Assembly (NCBI GenBank): GCA_023539395.1
Contig: JAKCEX010000004.1
Coordinates: forward strand, 158-64,157
DNA from: Candidatus Geocrenenecus arthurdayi
GTDB taxonomy: Archaea; Thermoproteota; Nitrososphaeria_A; Caldarchaeales; Wolframiiraptoraceae
Length of the DNA: 64,000 bases
Direction of reading: 5' to 3'
Part shown: piece by piece, positions 28,553 through 38,041 of the stretch
How the letters are laid out: each line of letters begins with the position of its first letter
How positions within the stretch are numbered: position 1 is the stretch's first letter
Translations under genes and position numbers: made by a program
The notes under the pieces: generated by a model
Told to the model about the DNA's origin: nothing
What the model saw: the letters and a program-made list of their open reading frames with translations, nothing else
The model's database searches: none

Positions 28553-29537
28553 GATGGTTTCTCCTAGCTATTCTATCGGAATCTAGTAAATAGTATAATG
28601 AAGATTCATCGGCTAATAATGATACACGGCTCGCAACATCATTGGAGACGATTTTATAATTTATTAATGTAGATAGTTTTCTAGAGAAATCTACTATATC
28701 GTTCATGCTTGGCATAGCTTCTCTTGGAAGCCTCTTCTGACTTTCTCCTACATGCATGTATGCTTTACATTCTACATAATCTGGTCTCGCAATTTTTATG
28801 AGTTCAGCATACTTCTCAACATCCTTCATATTGTATCCCTTAACAAGAGTCAGCCTTATTACTTTCCTAGATTTATCAAAGCTAGGCATTAAACGTAAAC
28901 TCTCATTAAGTCTAACCCAGCTATTACGTATGAGAGGTCTACATGTTCTAATATGTGTTTCAAGGTCTGGACCATATAGGCTAATGTAGAGGTTTGTTGG
29001 TTGAGCATCTTCATCGATTAATTTTTTCAATCTCTCAGGCATTGTCGCATTAGTTACAAGGAAGGTTGTCATACCACGATTATGGGCGAGCTTGATTAAA
29101 TCAGCCAAGTATGGATACAGTGTCGGTTCACCATCTAAGGAGATAGCAATATTATTTGGTTCTAAAGCCTCCTTGAATAGTTTTTTATCAACAGCTGGAT
29201 TCCCCTTAAATCCTGAAAGAAGCTGCCTCTGTTCTAAGATAAGTTTATCAAATATTTCTTCTGGATAATCCCATTCTCCCTCGTATGGAGCAATTCTATT
29301 AATAGTGTGGAATCTCCAGCAAAAAATACACATCATGTTACAGTACTGTAGGCTTGGAGTCATCTGGAGACATCTATGGCTCTCTACACCATACCAGCTC
29401 TTATAGCAGTGTTTCCCACCTCTAAGAACATTCTTAGTCCAGTGGCATATCTTAACAGCAGAGTGTCGACCAACAATCCGGTAGCCACTCTTCCTCAGTC
29501 TATCTACATCATCAATATACGTTCTAACTGTAACCAT
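28539..29537 (-). CDS. taw1: Radical SAM 4-demethylwyosine synthase (Taw1/TYW1)
   Basis: CNMMCIFC radical-SAM cluster plus upstream Cys residues for the auxiliary cluster. About 330 aa, with the archaeal Taw1 pattern (HSAVKIC.W). Confidence 0.82.
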   Translation of the reverse strand: MVTVRTYIDDVDRLRKSGYRIVGRHSAVKICHWTKNVLRGGKHCYKSWYGVESHRCLQMTPSLQYCNMMCIFCWRFHTINRIAPYEGEWDYPEEIFDKLILEQRQLLSGFKGNPAVDKKLFKEALEPNNIAISLDGEPTLYPYLADLIKLAHNRGMTTFLVTNATMPERLKKLIDEDAQPTNLYISLYGPDLETHIRTCRPLIRNSWVRLNESLRLMPSFDKSRKVIRLTLVKGYNMKDVEKYAELIKIARPDYVECKAYMHVGESQKRLPREAMPSMNDIVDFSRKLSTLINYKIVSNDVASRVSLLADESSLYYLLDSDRIARRNHPTLL

Positions 29538-29578
29538 TCATCCATCTAAGATCATCATACCATGCGGAGTAATTAAGT

Positions 29579-30394
29579 TTAGTGATCTTCTCTAAGATTA
29601 AGTATCTCTGATGCTAATTCTTCATTAGGTGCTGCTATAACCCCAAAGTTTCTACCAGCTGAAAGGTCTACCTCATCAATTACTCCGTCTACAGTAAGTA
29701 TTTTATATGTTCCTCCTGCTAGCTTTAATAAGAATATAGGTGCAAGAAAATCAAATGGTCTCAAGTATGGTCCTAGACAGACATATCCATCTACCCGGCC
29801 AGCTATAATATAGCATATCTCTAAAGCTGTTGATGCTAGAAAAGATGAGAAACCAGAATTACATATTATCTTTTCAGTCCACTTCCTGTATCTCTCATCC
29901 CTAATAGACCACATACTAACAATTAAGTATGAATCTTTCAGTGAACGCACATTTGTGAGTTTAGGTTTTCCCCCAGATGCTACTACTGAGCCGTCTCTTT
30001 CACCTAAGTATATATCTCCACTTACGTGATCTACTACGCCTCCTACGATTATATCTCTAGAACTCATACTCTTAGAAATAACTAGCGTAGTCGAATAGAT
30101 CGGTATACCTCTATAAGCATTTCTACTTCCATCAACTGGGTCTATTAAGACGTAGTAGTCAGGATTACCCGAGCCTGTTATCCCTAGTTCTTCTGAGATT
30201 ACTGCTACACTTTTTAGTTTATCGGTAATTATGTTCATTATCGTTCTTTCTGCAACCAAGTCGAATGCATAAGACCTATCTCCATATGCTCCTATACTCT
30301 TAGGCTTAAGCCCCCAACCACACTTTATAGATTCTTGAACTACATCTCTCACTACTGTAAGAGCTTCTTCAGCTAATTTCAACAAGTCTACCAT
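29579..30394 (-). CDS. Inositol monophosphatase / fructose-1,6-bisphosphatase family protein
   Basis: SEE, IDPVDGSRN and a WD-type metal-binding motif. Confidence 0.8.
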   Translation of the reverse strand: MVDLLKLAEEALTVVRDVVQESIKCGWGLKPKSIGAYGDRSYAFDLVAERTIMNIITDKLKSVAVISEELGITGSGNPDYYVLIDPVDGSRNAYRGIPIYSTTLVISKSMSSRDIIVGGVVDHVSGDIYLGERDGSVVASGGKPKLTNVRSLKDSYLIVSMWSIRDERYRKWTEKIICNSGFSSFLASTALEICYIIAGRVDGYVCLGPYLRPFDFLAPIFLLKLAGGTYKILTVDGVIDEVDLSAGRNFGVIAAPNEELASEILNLREDH

Positions 30395-30395
30395 C

Positions 30396-31403
30396 TTATA
30401 TCATTTTAACAGAATGTAGTGGTCTTATTTTAACTACTTCCCGATTATAGAGGTTCTCAGGTTCCTCGCCTTTCAAAACCTTGATTATCCCTTCAGCAGC
30501 ATATTCTGCCATTCTATTCCTCGTATCATATGATGCACTACCTATATGTGGTGTAAGAACAACATTTGGAAGCTCTATTAATGGGCTATCAGCTGGGAGA
30601 GGCTCAAGCTCGAAGACATCTAACCCAGCTCCTGCAATCCATCCTTCTCTCAATGCTTTCACTAAAGCTTTTTCATCAACTACAGGTCCACGGGAAGTGT
30701 TAATTAAGATAGCCGTCGGCTTCATCATTCTAAGTTCTTTCTCACTAATTAAGTGTTTAGTCTCAGCTGTTAGTGGGACGTGGATTGAGATAAAGTCTGA
30801 TTCTTTTAAGAGTTGAGGTAGCTCCATGTATTCTACTCCAAGCTCATCTTCTAGTTCTCTTCTACGCATAATATCGTAATAGTAGATCTTCATATTGAAG
30901 CCCTTAGCTCTCCTAGCTACAGCTGCTCCTATCCTTCCCAGACCTATTATCCCAAGCTTCTTACCATGCACATCGTATCCAAGCATCATGGTAGGAGCCC
31001 AAGCTAGCTTCCACCTACCTTCTCTAATCATCCTATCGCCTTCAACGACTCTTCTAGCAGTTGCTAGCATTAAAGCAAAAGCTAGATCAGCTGTCGTCTC
31101 TGTAAGGACCCCAGGTGTGTATACAATGTATATGCCCCTGCTTGTTGCATATTCTACGTCTATATGGTCTACACCTACACTCATAGTCCCAATAACTTTT
31201 AATCTAGGTGAGGTATCTATGATTTCTTTATCCATTCTTTCATTAAGTGTACAATAAATTGCATCAACATTCTCTACACTTCTCAGTATCTCTTCTCTAC
31301 TTGGGGGTGGAACCTCATCTCGATAAATTACTTCACAATACTGTCTAAGTAATGCTAATGCTACTTCAGGAATAGTCCTAGTAACATAGACTATAGGCTT
31401 CAT
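30396..31403 (-). CDS. gyaR: D-2-hydroxyacid dehydrogenase, glyoxylate/hydroxypyruvate reductase-like
   Basis: NAD-binding motif GIIGLGRIGAAVARRAKGF and the catalytic R/E/H triad region (NTSRG..VDE; TPHIGSA). Strong resemblance to the Pyrococcus GyaR layout as I recall it. Confidence 0.88.
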   Translation of the reverse strand: MKPIVYVTRTIPEVALALLRQYCEVIYRDEVPPPSREEILRSVENVDAIYCTLNERMDKEIIDTSPRLKVIGTMSVGVDHIDVEYATSRGIYIVYTPGVLTETTADLAFALMLATARRVVEGDRMIREGRWKLAWAPTMMLGYDVHGKKLGIIGLGRIGAAVARRAKGFNMKIYYYDIMRRRELEDELGVEYMELPQLLKESDFISIHVPLTAETKHLISEKELRMMKPTAILINTSRGPVVDEKALVKALREGWIAGAGLDVFELEPLPADSPLIELPNVVLTPHIGSASYDTRNRMAEYAAEGIIKVLKGEEPENLYNREVVKIRPLHSVKMI

Positions 31404-31405
31404 AT

Positions 31406-31744
31406 CTACTTCCCGCCCTTCTTCACACTAAGAGATTTCCTAGCTCTATCATATAACTGTGGCCACCTAGATGCAATCTCCTTCTCAATAATCTTTGCAA
31501 GCAAATCACTCATACTAAATCTTGGAATAATATTCTTCCAATAATTTAAAACAGCGCTTGCAATAGGAGAATAAAAAGCTAATCTAGGCTGCCTCCTTGC
31601 ACTCTCAATAGCAAGCCTCCAAAACCTCTCATCTACTCTCTTTGAAACTATCGAACTCTTATTTACCGATTTCTTCCTCTTCACCATACCCTCATTATTT
31701 TTCCTTCTCCTGTTCCGAATGCTCATAGGTATAAGGTAAAACAT
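31406..31744 (-). CDS. Hypothetical basic protein (112 aa), first gene of the gyaR/IMPase operon
   Basis: Its ORF ends 2 nt before the gyaR start. The N-terminus is Arg/Lys-rich. No motif recognised. Confidence 0.4.
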   Translation of the reverse strand: MFYLIPMSIRNRRRKNNEGMVKRKKSVNKSSIVSKRVDERFWRLAIESARRQPRLAFYSPIASAVLNYWKNIIPRFSMSDLLAKIIEKEIASRWPQLYDRARKSLSVKKGGK

Positions 31745-32122
31745 CTAAGATTAAACTTTTACCCATCCTAATCCCGCAGAAATTGCAATCCGCTTCTTGG
31801 TGGATTATAACCAGCCAAATTAATCCATTACAAACAGGATTAAACAATATAAACCCATCAACAGATACTTCAAATATATAAAATGCTTAGGATAAGTAGG
31901 CAGAAAAACAGGGATGACCTTTTAGCTAGAGACAAATCGGTTGGTGTTTCGTACACTTGGAACTTCATTTCATTATATGTTGAATTAGGCATATGTAAAC
32001 CTATAAAGAAGTGTAGATGGTTTACGGTTTACCTTTTACGGTACACGACATTTCTTCTATACAAAAATTTGTTACCAGATAATGTATTTATTAGAGTGTA
32101 AGTATTTGGTTGATGATGTACA

Positions 32123-33208
32123 GTGGTTTCTGAGAGGGATGTTTTAGAAGCATTGAAGGCTGTTGTGGACCCGGAGCTTGGGAAAGATATTGTGAGTCTA
32201 GGTATGGTTAAGGATTTGAAGATTGAGGCAGATGGAGTTGTATCTTTTATTCTTGAGCTTACAACTCCTGCATGTCCCCTTAGGAGTCTCTTGGAGAAGA
32301 ATGCTAGGGAAGTTGTTGAGAAGTTAAATGGTGTTAAAGAGGTTAAGATAAAGGTTTCCTCTAGAGTTCTTCCTTATCCAAGTCAAAAGAGTATACCAGG
32401 TGTGAAGAATATAATTGCGATTGCTAGTGGTAAGGGTGGTGTAGGGAAATCGACTATAGCTGTGAATTTAGCTTTAGCATTAGCATTGAGGAAAGCTAGT
32501 GTAGGATTGCTTGATGCAGATATCTATGGACCAACTATACCTAAGATGCTTGATATAATACGCCCACCCTTCTACGTAGGTGGTGATAGAGTTGAGCCTG
32601 CATTATCATATATGGGTATTAAAGTTATGTCTATAGGGCTTCTCGCACCAGAAGAAGCACCAATAATATGGAGGGGGCCACTAGTAGGGAAAGCGATAGA
32701 AGAAATGTTAAATCAAGTAGATTGGGCTGATATAGACTACTTAATCGTCGACCTTCCACCAGGTACTGGAGATGCTTCACTTAGCCTTGCTCAAGCAATT
32801 CCTCTTACAGGAGTAGTTATTGTTACTACTCCTCAAGATGCAGCTTTGAGAATTGCATTGAAAGCTTTAAGAATGTTCCAGAAGCTCAACGTTGAAGTAG
32901 TAGGCATAGTAGAGAATATGAGTTATTTTGTCTGCCCAAACTGTGGTTCTAGAATAGAGATTTTCGGGTCTGGGAACGTATATAAGATATGCCGGGAACT
33001 TGGGATCCCATATCTTGGTGAGGTACCTTTATGTCCAGAAGTTAGAGAGAGTGGCGACCTTGGCAGACCAGTAATTATTAGAGACCCAGATTCTCCAGCC
33101 AGTAAAGCATTCATTGAGATCGCTGAGAAGATTGCAGGAAGAATTAGTATTATAGCTAGAAGCAAGATAGAGCAATCTGATGTATCTGAGAAAGAAGATT
33201 CTTCATAG
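32123..33208 (+). CDS. Mrp/NBP35/ApbC Fe-S cluster carrier ATPase with an N-terminal DUF59 (MIP18) domain
   Basis: DPELGKDIVSLGMV (DUF59), the deviant Walker A motif GKGGVGKST, and CPNCG cluster-ligand cysteines. GTG start. Confidence 0.9.
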   Translation: MVSERDVLEALKAVVDPELGKDIVSLGMVKDLKIEADGVVSFILELTTPACPLRSLLEKNAREVVEKLNGVKEVKIKVSSRVLPYPSQKSIPGVKNIIAIASGKGGVGKSTIAVNLALALALRKASVGLLDADIYGPTIPKMLDIIRPPFYVGGDRVEPALSYMGIKVMSIGLLAPEEAPIIWRGPLVGKAIEEMLNQVDWADIDYLIVDLPPGTGDASLSLAQAIPLTGVVIVTTPQDAALRIALKALRMFQKLNVEVVGIVENMSYFVCPNCGSRIEIFGSGNVYKICRELGIPYLGEVPLCPEVRESGDLGRPVIIRDPDSPASKAFIEIAEKIAGRISIIARSKIEQSDVSEKEDSS

Positions 33209-33211
33209 AAT

Positions 33212-33874
33212 TCATATGATGGGCTCTAAACCTGGAATCTTTACTTTGTTGTATAGTATATCTAGGGCTTTCAACATCGAGTATATCCAGATGAAATACG
33301 TTATAGTTATGAAAGCATAAGTTTCAAGAGGTCTAAAAGTTTGAGCTGTAATAGATATCCCTGTATTCAGGAATTCTCTAACACCTATAACTATTAGAGC
33401 TGTTGTACTTTTACCCATTGATGCAAGCTCGTTTGACCATGCAGGTATAACGATCCTTAATGCTTGTGGGATAACAACATACAGGAAGATCTTCCACATA
33501 GGCAGCCCGAGTGATAGAGCAGCCATTAACTGGTCTTTGAAGACTGCTTCCATAGCACCTTTCAAGTATCCTTTCTGGTAAGCTCCACTATTCAATGCTA
33601 AAGTCAATATTGCTGTCACCATAACATCCATACTAACACCGGTTATCATTGGGATTGTGAAGTAGAATATGAAGAGCTGAACGATTAATGGTGAACCTCT
33701 AAAGAATTCAACATAAACATTTACGATTATCTTAACGATCCTACCTCCGAAAATATCTCCTAATGCTGCTAGGATACCTAGAATTAATCCTAATCCAACA
33801 CCAATGAGAGTTACCTCTACTGTTATGAGGAAACCACTTATTATGAAAGTTGAATAATCAAGTAAGAATAACAT
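33212..33874 (-). CDS. Polar amino-acid ABC transporter permease (HisM/GlnP family)
   Basis: 220 aa, 5 TM helices, EAA-loop-like region (AALSLGLPMWKIFLYVVIPQAL). Confidence 0.85.
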   Translation of the reverse strand: MLFLLDYSTFIISGFLITVEVTLIGVGLGLILGILAALGDIFGGRIVKIIVNVYVEFFRGSPLIVQLFIFYFTIPMITGVSMDVMVTAILTLALNSGAYQKGYLKGAMEAVFKDQLMAALSLGLPMWKIFLYVVIPQALRIVIPAWSNELASMGKSTTALIVIGVREFLNTGISITAQTFRPLETYAFITITYFIWIYSMLKALDILYNKVKIPGLEPII

Positions 33875-33885
33875 CTATTAATGTC

Positions 33886-34620
33886 TCACCCTAATATCTT
33901 GGCCATGAATTTCCTAGCTCTCTCAGTATTTGGAGATGTAAAGAAGTGGTCTGGAGAACCAGCTTCTATTATTTGACCCTGGTCCATGAATATCATTTCA
34001 TCTGCGACTTCCCTTGCAAAGCGGAGCTCATGGGTTGCTACAAGCATTGTTGTACCTCTCTCTGCAAGATCCCTCATTACAGCTATAACCTCCCATTTCA
34101 ACTCAACATCTAGAGCAGCCGTAGGCTCATCAAAAAGTACTACTTCTGGATCCATAGAGATTGCTCTAGCAATCCCAACTCTCTGTTGTTGACCTCCAGA
34201 AAGCTGGGCTGGATAATAGTTAGCCCAATCTTCCATCTTGACTAGCTTCAATGCTTCATAAGCTTTTCTTCTTGCTTCAGCATCTGATAAACCTAATACA
34301 TGTTTTAAGCCTAGCATTACATTTCCCAGAGCTGTTAAATGCCGAAAGAGTGAAGGGTCTTGGAAGACGAACCCTATTCTAGCTCTAAGTTTATTTAAGT
34401 CCTGCTTAGAAGCGTATACGTCTACTCCATTAAAGTATATTGAACCCTTCGTAGGCTTCTCAAGTAAACCTAGACACCTCAATAATGTTGATTTCCCAGA
34501 ACCACTTGGACCAAAAATTACTTTCGTCTCACCTCTACCTATTCCTAGAGAAACATTATTTACTGCTATAACTTTTCCATAAACTTTTGTTAAGCCTCGG
34601 CATTCCAGTATGCTTGTCAT
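33886..34620 (-). CDS. Polar amino-acid ABC transporter ATP-binding protein (GlnQ-like)
   Basis: GPSGSGKST, LSGGQQQRVGIARA, VLFDEPTAALD and ATHE. Confidence 0.92.
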   Translation of the reverse strand: MTSILECRGLTKVYGKVIAVNNVSLGIGRGETKVIFGPSGSGKSTLLRCLGLLEKPTKGSIYFNGVDVYASKQDLNKLRARIGFVFQDPSLFRHLTALGNVMLGLKHVLGLSDAEARRKAYEALKLVKMEDWANYYPAQLSGGQQQRVGIARAISMDPEVVLFDEPTAALDVELKWEVIAVMRDLAERGTTMLVATHELRFAREVADEMIFMDQGQIIEAGSPDHFFTSPNTERARKFMAKILG

Positions 34621-36348
34621 AACCCCAGCTCCCTCTTCTTACGGCTGCCCACAATTACTATCGTAAAAGTTTCTCCATTTAAAGTTTTTAATTCCACTCA
34701 GTAGGAAAATCAATCCAGCTAACCACTATGGAAAACTATTATCCATATCATCTTCACTTAGACTGGCGGGACGTATGTTATGTCTATTTATCTACGCTTA
34801 TCTAAGGCACTCATTGAAACAACACTTAATTGTGAACTCATCTCAAAACTATTTAAGCTTCTCTTTCCTTGTTTTCTTTATGAGGTTTCGTGAGCTTGAT
34901 ATTGAACATCGCCAATGATACACTGGTAATCATTGAGAGGTATGAGCTTCTAGATGTTGTTCTGCAGACTTTCATCCAAGACTTCTATGATAGGCTTGAT
35001 GGCTTCAAGAGAGGATACCGTAAATACATTAGAAGGGTTATGAACACGTCTGCAATGAGCTTAGGAGGATAGCTGAAGAAAACATTGAACAGTCAGAGGA
35101 GGTGGAAGGATGATAACGGTAGAAACACCATTAACTCTGGTTAGCGACGACGACCTTTTAGAGATTGGCAGATTAATAGAGTCAAAATTTCCAAGAGGTC
35201 GTTATCACCATTCCTTATATCATCAATTAGTATTTTACAAAAAAGCAATCAGATTGTATAATGAGGGCTTGACATGGTATGAAGTTAGCAAAGAGCTTGG
35301 AATTAGAGAGAGTGCTACTTACCATTGGTTAGTCCTGGGACGTAAACCTTGGAGCACCTATAAGATACCTCCAGCAACATTCGATTTTGGCTATCTCCTT
35401 GGTTCAGGGATAGGAGATGGTACTATGTCAGCCAATGGAAAAAAGCTATTATACAAGTGGATCAAAGACGAAGATTTTGCGGACAAGATTGTTGAAAGTG
35501 CGAGAAATCTAAACGTATATGCATATAAATGGTATCGTGAGCGCGGATGGTTTGTAATAATATCTAACGTAGTTATTAGTGAGTTAGTTTGGATAGGTAA
35601 GACCAATCCATATCTATTACTACCAATAATCTCTAACATGAAGGTTGGCAGAGGAGTGCTAAGCGGATGGTTTGATGCTGAAGGCTCACCAGCGATTTCC
35701 GGACTTTCAGAGTATAAATACTGTGTACCATGTGCAGCATCTACCAATAAAGAGCTTATTGAAGTCATGGGAAAGCTTCTAGATATGTTAAACATACATT
35801 ATACGATTAATAAACAAGAAACGAAAGAAATCCGAGACCCTCGAACCCGCAAGGTGTATAAACCTAAGTCTGAGAAATTATATAGACTAAGAATAAGAAG
35901 ATGCTGTGTAATCAAATTCAATGAGGTAATCAGCTTTAGAATAAGTCGGAAAAAAGTTGTCTTAGAAAAAATAATACAACAATCAGGCTTCAAAAACGTA
36001 TGTCAATAATAACCCTCCCCCTAATTATTTTTGTTTTCGCCTCAATGTTAGTCCGTTTATTCTGATTTTATCATTAGAGAACCGTATTCTTAAAAGTGGG
36101 ATTAGTAGAGTAGGGTTAAGAGATAATTCAAAACAATAAATAATTAAGTAATAAATGTTTAAGTATGAAAATTAATCCCAAATTGAGTGAAAGAGGATGG
36201 AACATGGAATAATCTTTTACTAAGAATGTAGACACATATTGATTGCTATCCGCCTATACTTATCTCATAAACATTTAGTATGGTTGTTCTCTAGGTAGTT
36301 AATAACTAATCATTTCAAACTCATTGTAATTTACTCTCACTCTTATGG
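34621..36348. mobile_element. Possible insertion carrying a free-standing LAGLIDADG gene, splitting the amino-acid ABC transporter cluster
   Basis: A 1.7-kb interruption in an otherwise tightly packed minus-strand transporter cluster. The only solid ORF inside it is on the opposite strand and encodes a homing-endonuclease fold. I could not define boundaries. Confidence 0.35.
35110..36009 (+). CDS. Free-standing double-motif LAGLIDADG homing-endonuclease-like protein with an N-terminal HTH
   Basis: Two LAGLIDADG motifs (FGYLLGSGIGDGT and RGVLSGWFDAEGS) about 100 aa apart. HTH: LTWYEVSKELGIRESATYHWL. A strong SD (GGAGGTGG) lies upstream. Confidence 0.7.
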   Translation: MITVETPLTLVSDDDLLEIGRLIESKFPRGRYHHSLYHQLVFYKKAIRLYNEGLTWYEVSKELGIRESATYHWLVLGRKPWSTYKIPPATFDFGYLLGSGIGDGTMSANGKKLLYKWIKDEDFADKIVESARNLNVYAYKWYRERGWFVIISNVVISELVWIGKTNPYLLLPIISNMKVGRGVLSGWFDAEGSPAISGLSEYKYCVPCAASTNKELIEVMGKLLDMLNIHYTINKQETKEIRDPRTRKVYKPKSEKLYRLRIRRCCVIKFNEVISFRISRKKVVLEKIIQQSGFKNVCQ

Positions 36349-37002
36349 CTAGGAAAGCCCTAGAATTTTTTTCTTACGAGTGCCCCACTTATCTAGGTAA
36401 GTAGCGACTGGGAAAGTCATGACTACATATATTATTGCAGAAGAGATGTAAGGGAGGATTAATGATCTCTGTGATGCTCTGAGAATATCTGTATGCTTCA
36501 TTAATTCTATCACTCCGATGATGAATGAGTATGCTGAATCTTTTATTAGTAATGCAATCTCACTACCTAATCCTGGTACGGCTAGAAATAATGCTTGTGG
36601 TAGGATAACATATCTCATTGCTTTTAATTGTGTTAAACCAATAGATATAGCTGCAAGCATCTGTGTTCTACCTACACTGCCAATAGCACTCCTAAAGATC
36701 TGGGATTGGTTTGCTCCACTAACCATTCCTAAGGAGATTACAGAAGTGAAGAATGGGTCTTTAAAGATCGGGGCTAAAGGCCCAATACCAAAATATAAAA
36801 GTAGCATTACTGCGAGGACTGGGACAGACCTAAAAAACTTCTCATAACTATCTGAGAAATATCTTAGAGGAGCTACACCATATATTCTCATAAATGCTAG
36901 AGAAACTCCTAGACCTAGACCGAGTAAAAAAGATAGGAAGGATATTGCTAGGGTTACTGGGACTGCTTTCAGCAGGAATATTATTTGTTCTAGGGGTGTC
37001 AT
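36349..37002 (-). CDS. Polar amino-acid ABC transporter permease
   Basis: 217 aa, 5 TM helices, EAA-like loop (AAISIGLTQLKAMRYVILPQAL). Confidence 0.85.
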   Translation of the reverse strand: MTPLEQIIFLLKAVPVTLAISFLSFLLGLGLGVSLAFMRIYGVAPLRYFSDSYEKFFRSVPVLAVMLLLYFGIGPLAPIFKDPFFTSVISLGMVSGANQSQIFRSAIGSVGRTQMLAAISIGLTQLKAMRYVILPQALFLAVPGLGSEIALLIKDSAYSFIIGVIELMKHTDILRASQRSLILPYISSAIIYVVMTFPVATYLDKWGTRKKKILGLS

Positions 37003-37020
37003 GGTTATCTATCAGGTTAT

Positions 37021-37986
37021 CTAGCTTGGAGGTGTAGTCCACTTCTTGTATAGTTCAGCAACTTTACCCTCGACTATTAATTGAGCAAGTACCCCATTTA
37101 TTTTCGATACAAGCTCGTCTGAGTCTTTATGAGCTATAAATGCGACTGGCCAGTAAGGTTTACTGAAGACAACGACTAAAGGTGTCTTTTCAGTCATTAT
37201 CCACCAAGTAGTTACAGGTGTCTCTGCATAGAGTGCATCAATCCTACCTAGCTTCAAGTCTTCTAGAGCTACACCAAAATCATCATAAGACCTGGCAGCC
37301 TCTGAAGGAATTACACCCCTCTTAACTAGATCCATTAACTCTGCTTCTTGAGTTGTTCCAGACCCCGTACCTACAATCAACTTGTAATCTGCAACTTGTT
37401 CTAGTTTGTCAAGTCTAGTTATTCCTAGCTTCTCAGCCTTATCCTTCAGCATTATTAACTGTGACTCAGTTATACTGTGATATAGAGTGTACTGGACTAC
37501 TTCAAGTCTTTCAGGGGTTACTGAGAAACCGCTAACACCCAAGTCTATGTCTTTATGCTCAACTGCTACTATAATCGTTGCGAAATCCATTGTTTTCCAA
37601 TCTACTTTTAATCCAAGTCTCTCAGCAATCAATTCCATTAATTCTACTTCAAAGCCTGTTAATTTTCCTGTTTTAGGGTCTAAGAACTCGAATGGAGGCC
37701 AGTCTGGAGATGTCCCAACGATTATTGTCCCCCTCTTTTGAATATTCTCCCAAACTACATCTCTCGCAACTCCCGTTACTGTTTTTTCAATCGTAACAGT
37801 CTGAGTTACAGTTTGAGCTGCTCCCACAGTCGTAGTGTATGTACTAGTAACTGTGATTTCTCTAGCAGGAATTAAAAATGGCTCGACAGCTGCTACAGCA
37901 GCAAGGATTATGATTACTGCAACAAGTATGGCGACTACTCTAGAGATGCCTTTGATACTTTTCTGAGAATACATACTCCTATGCAC
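37021..37986 (-). CDS. Amino-acid ABC transporter substrate-binding protein, membrane-anchored with a Thr/Val-rich linker
   Basis: N-terminal TM helix, a TSTYTTTVGAAQTVTQTVTIEKTVT linker, then a type 3 SBP fold (DWPPFEF...DLGVSGFS). Confidence 0.85.
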   Translation of the reverse strand: MHRSMYSQKSIKGISRVVAILVAVIIILAAVAAVEPFLIPAREITVTSTYTTTVGAAQTVTQTVTIEKTVTGVARDVVWENIQKRGTIIVGTSPDWPPFEFLDPKTGKLTGFEVELMELIAERLGLKVDWKTMDFATIIVAVEHKDIDLGVSGFSVTPERLEVVQYTLYHSITESQLIMLKDKAEKLGITRLDKLEQVADYKLIVGTGSGTTQEAELMDLVKRGVIPSEAARSYDDFGVALEDLKLGRIDALYAETPVTTWWIMTEKTPLVVVFSKPYWPVAFIAHKDSDELVSKINGVLAQLIVEGKVAELYKKWTTPPS

Positions 37987-38041
37987 GTAATATTATTGAT
38001 TGCAATTATTATTAAAAGTTTTCTAGAATACCCGCTCTACT

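Noticed and set aside
31883-32101. 72-aa ORF in the spacer upstream of the Mrp/ApbC gene
   Set aside because: It has no Shine-Dalgarno or promoter context and an implausible composition (Cys/Trp/Tyr-rich, with no secondary-structure periodicity). More likely non-coding promoter/operator DNA.
34890-35072. 60-aa GTG-initiated ORF just upstream of the LAGLIDADG gene
   Set aside because: It has no recognisable motif, a weak start context and borderline length. It could be part of the inserted element, but I cannot support it as a gene.
34786-36265. Possible direct repeats flanking the LAGLIDADG insert (CTACGCTTATCTAA near 34790 versus CTATACTTATCTCA near 36250; ACTCATTG shared on both sides)
   Set aside because: Only about 11 of 14 positions are identical, the internal spacing is inconsistent, and the background is AT-rich. 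This is not distinguishable from chance by eye, so I claim no element boundaries.
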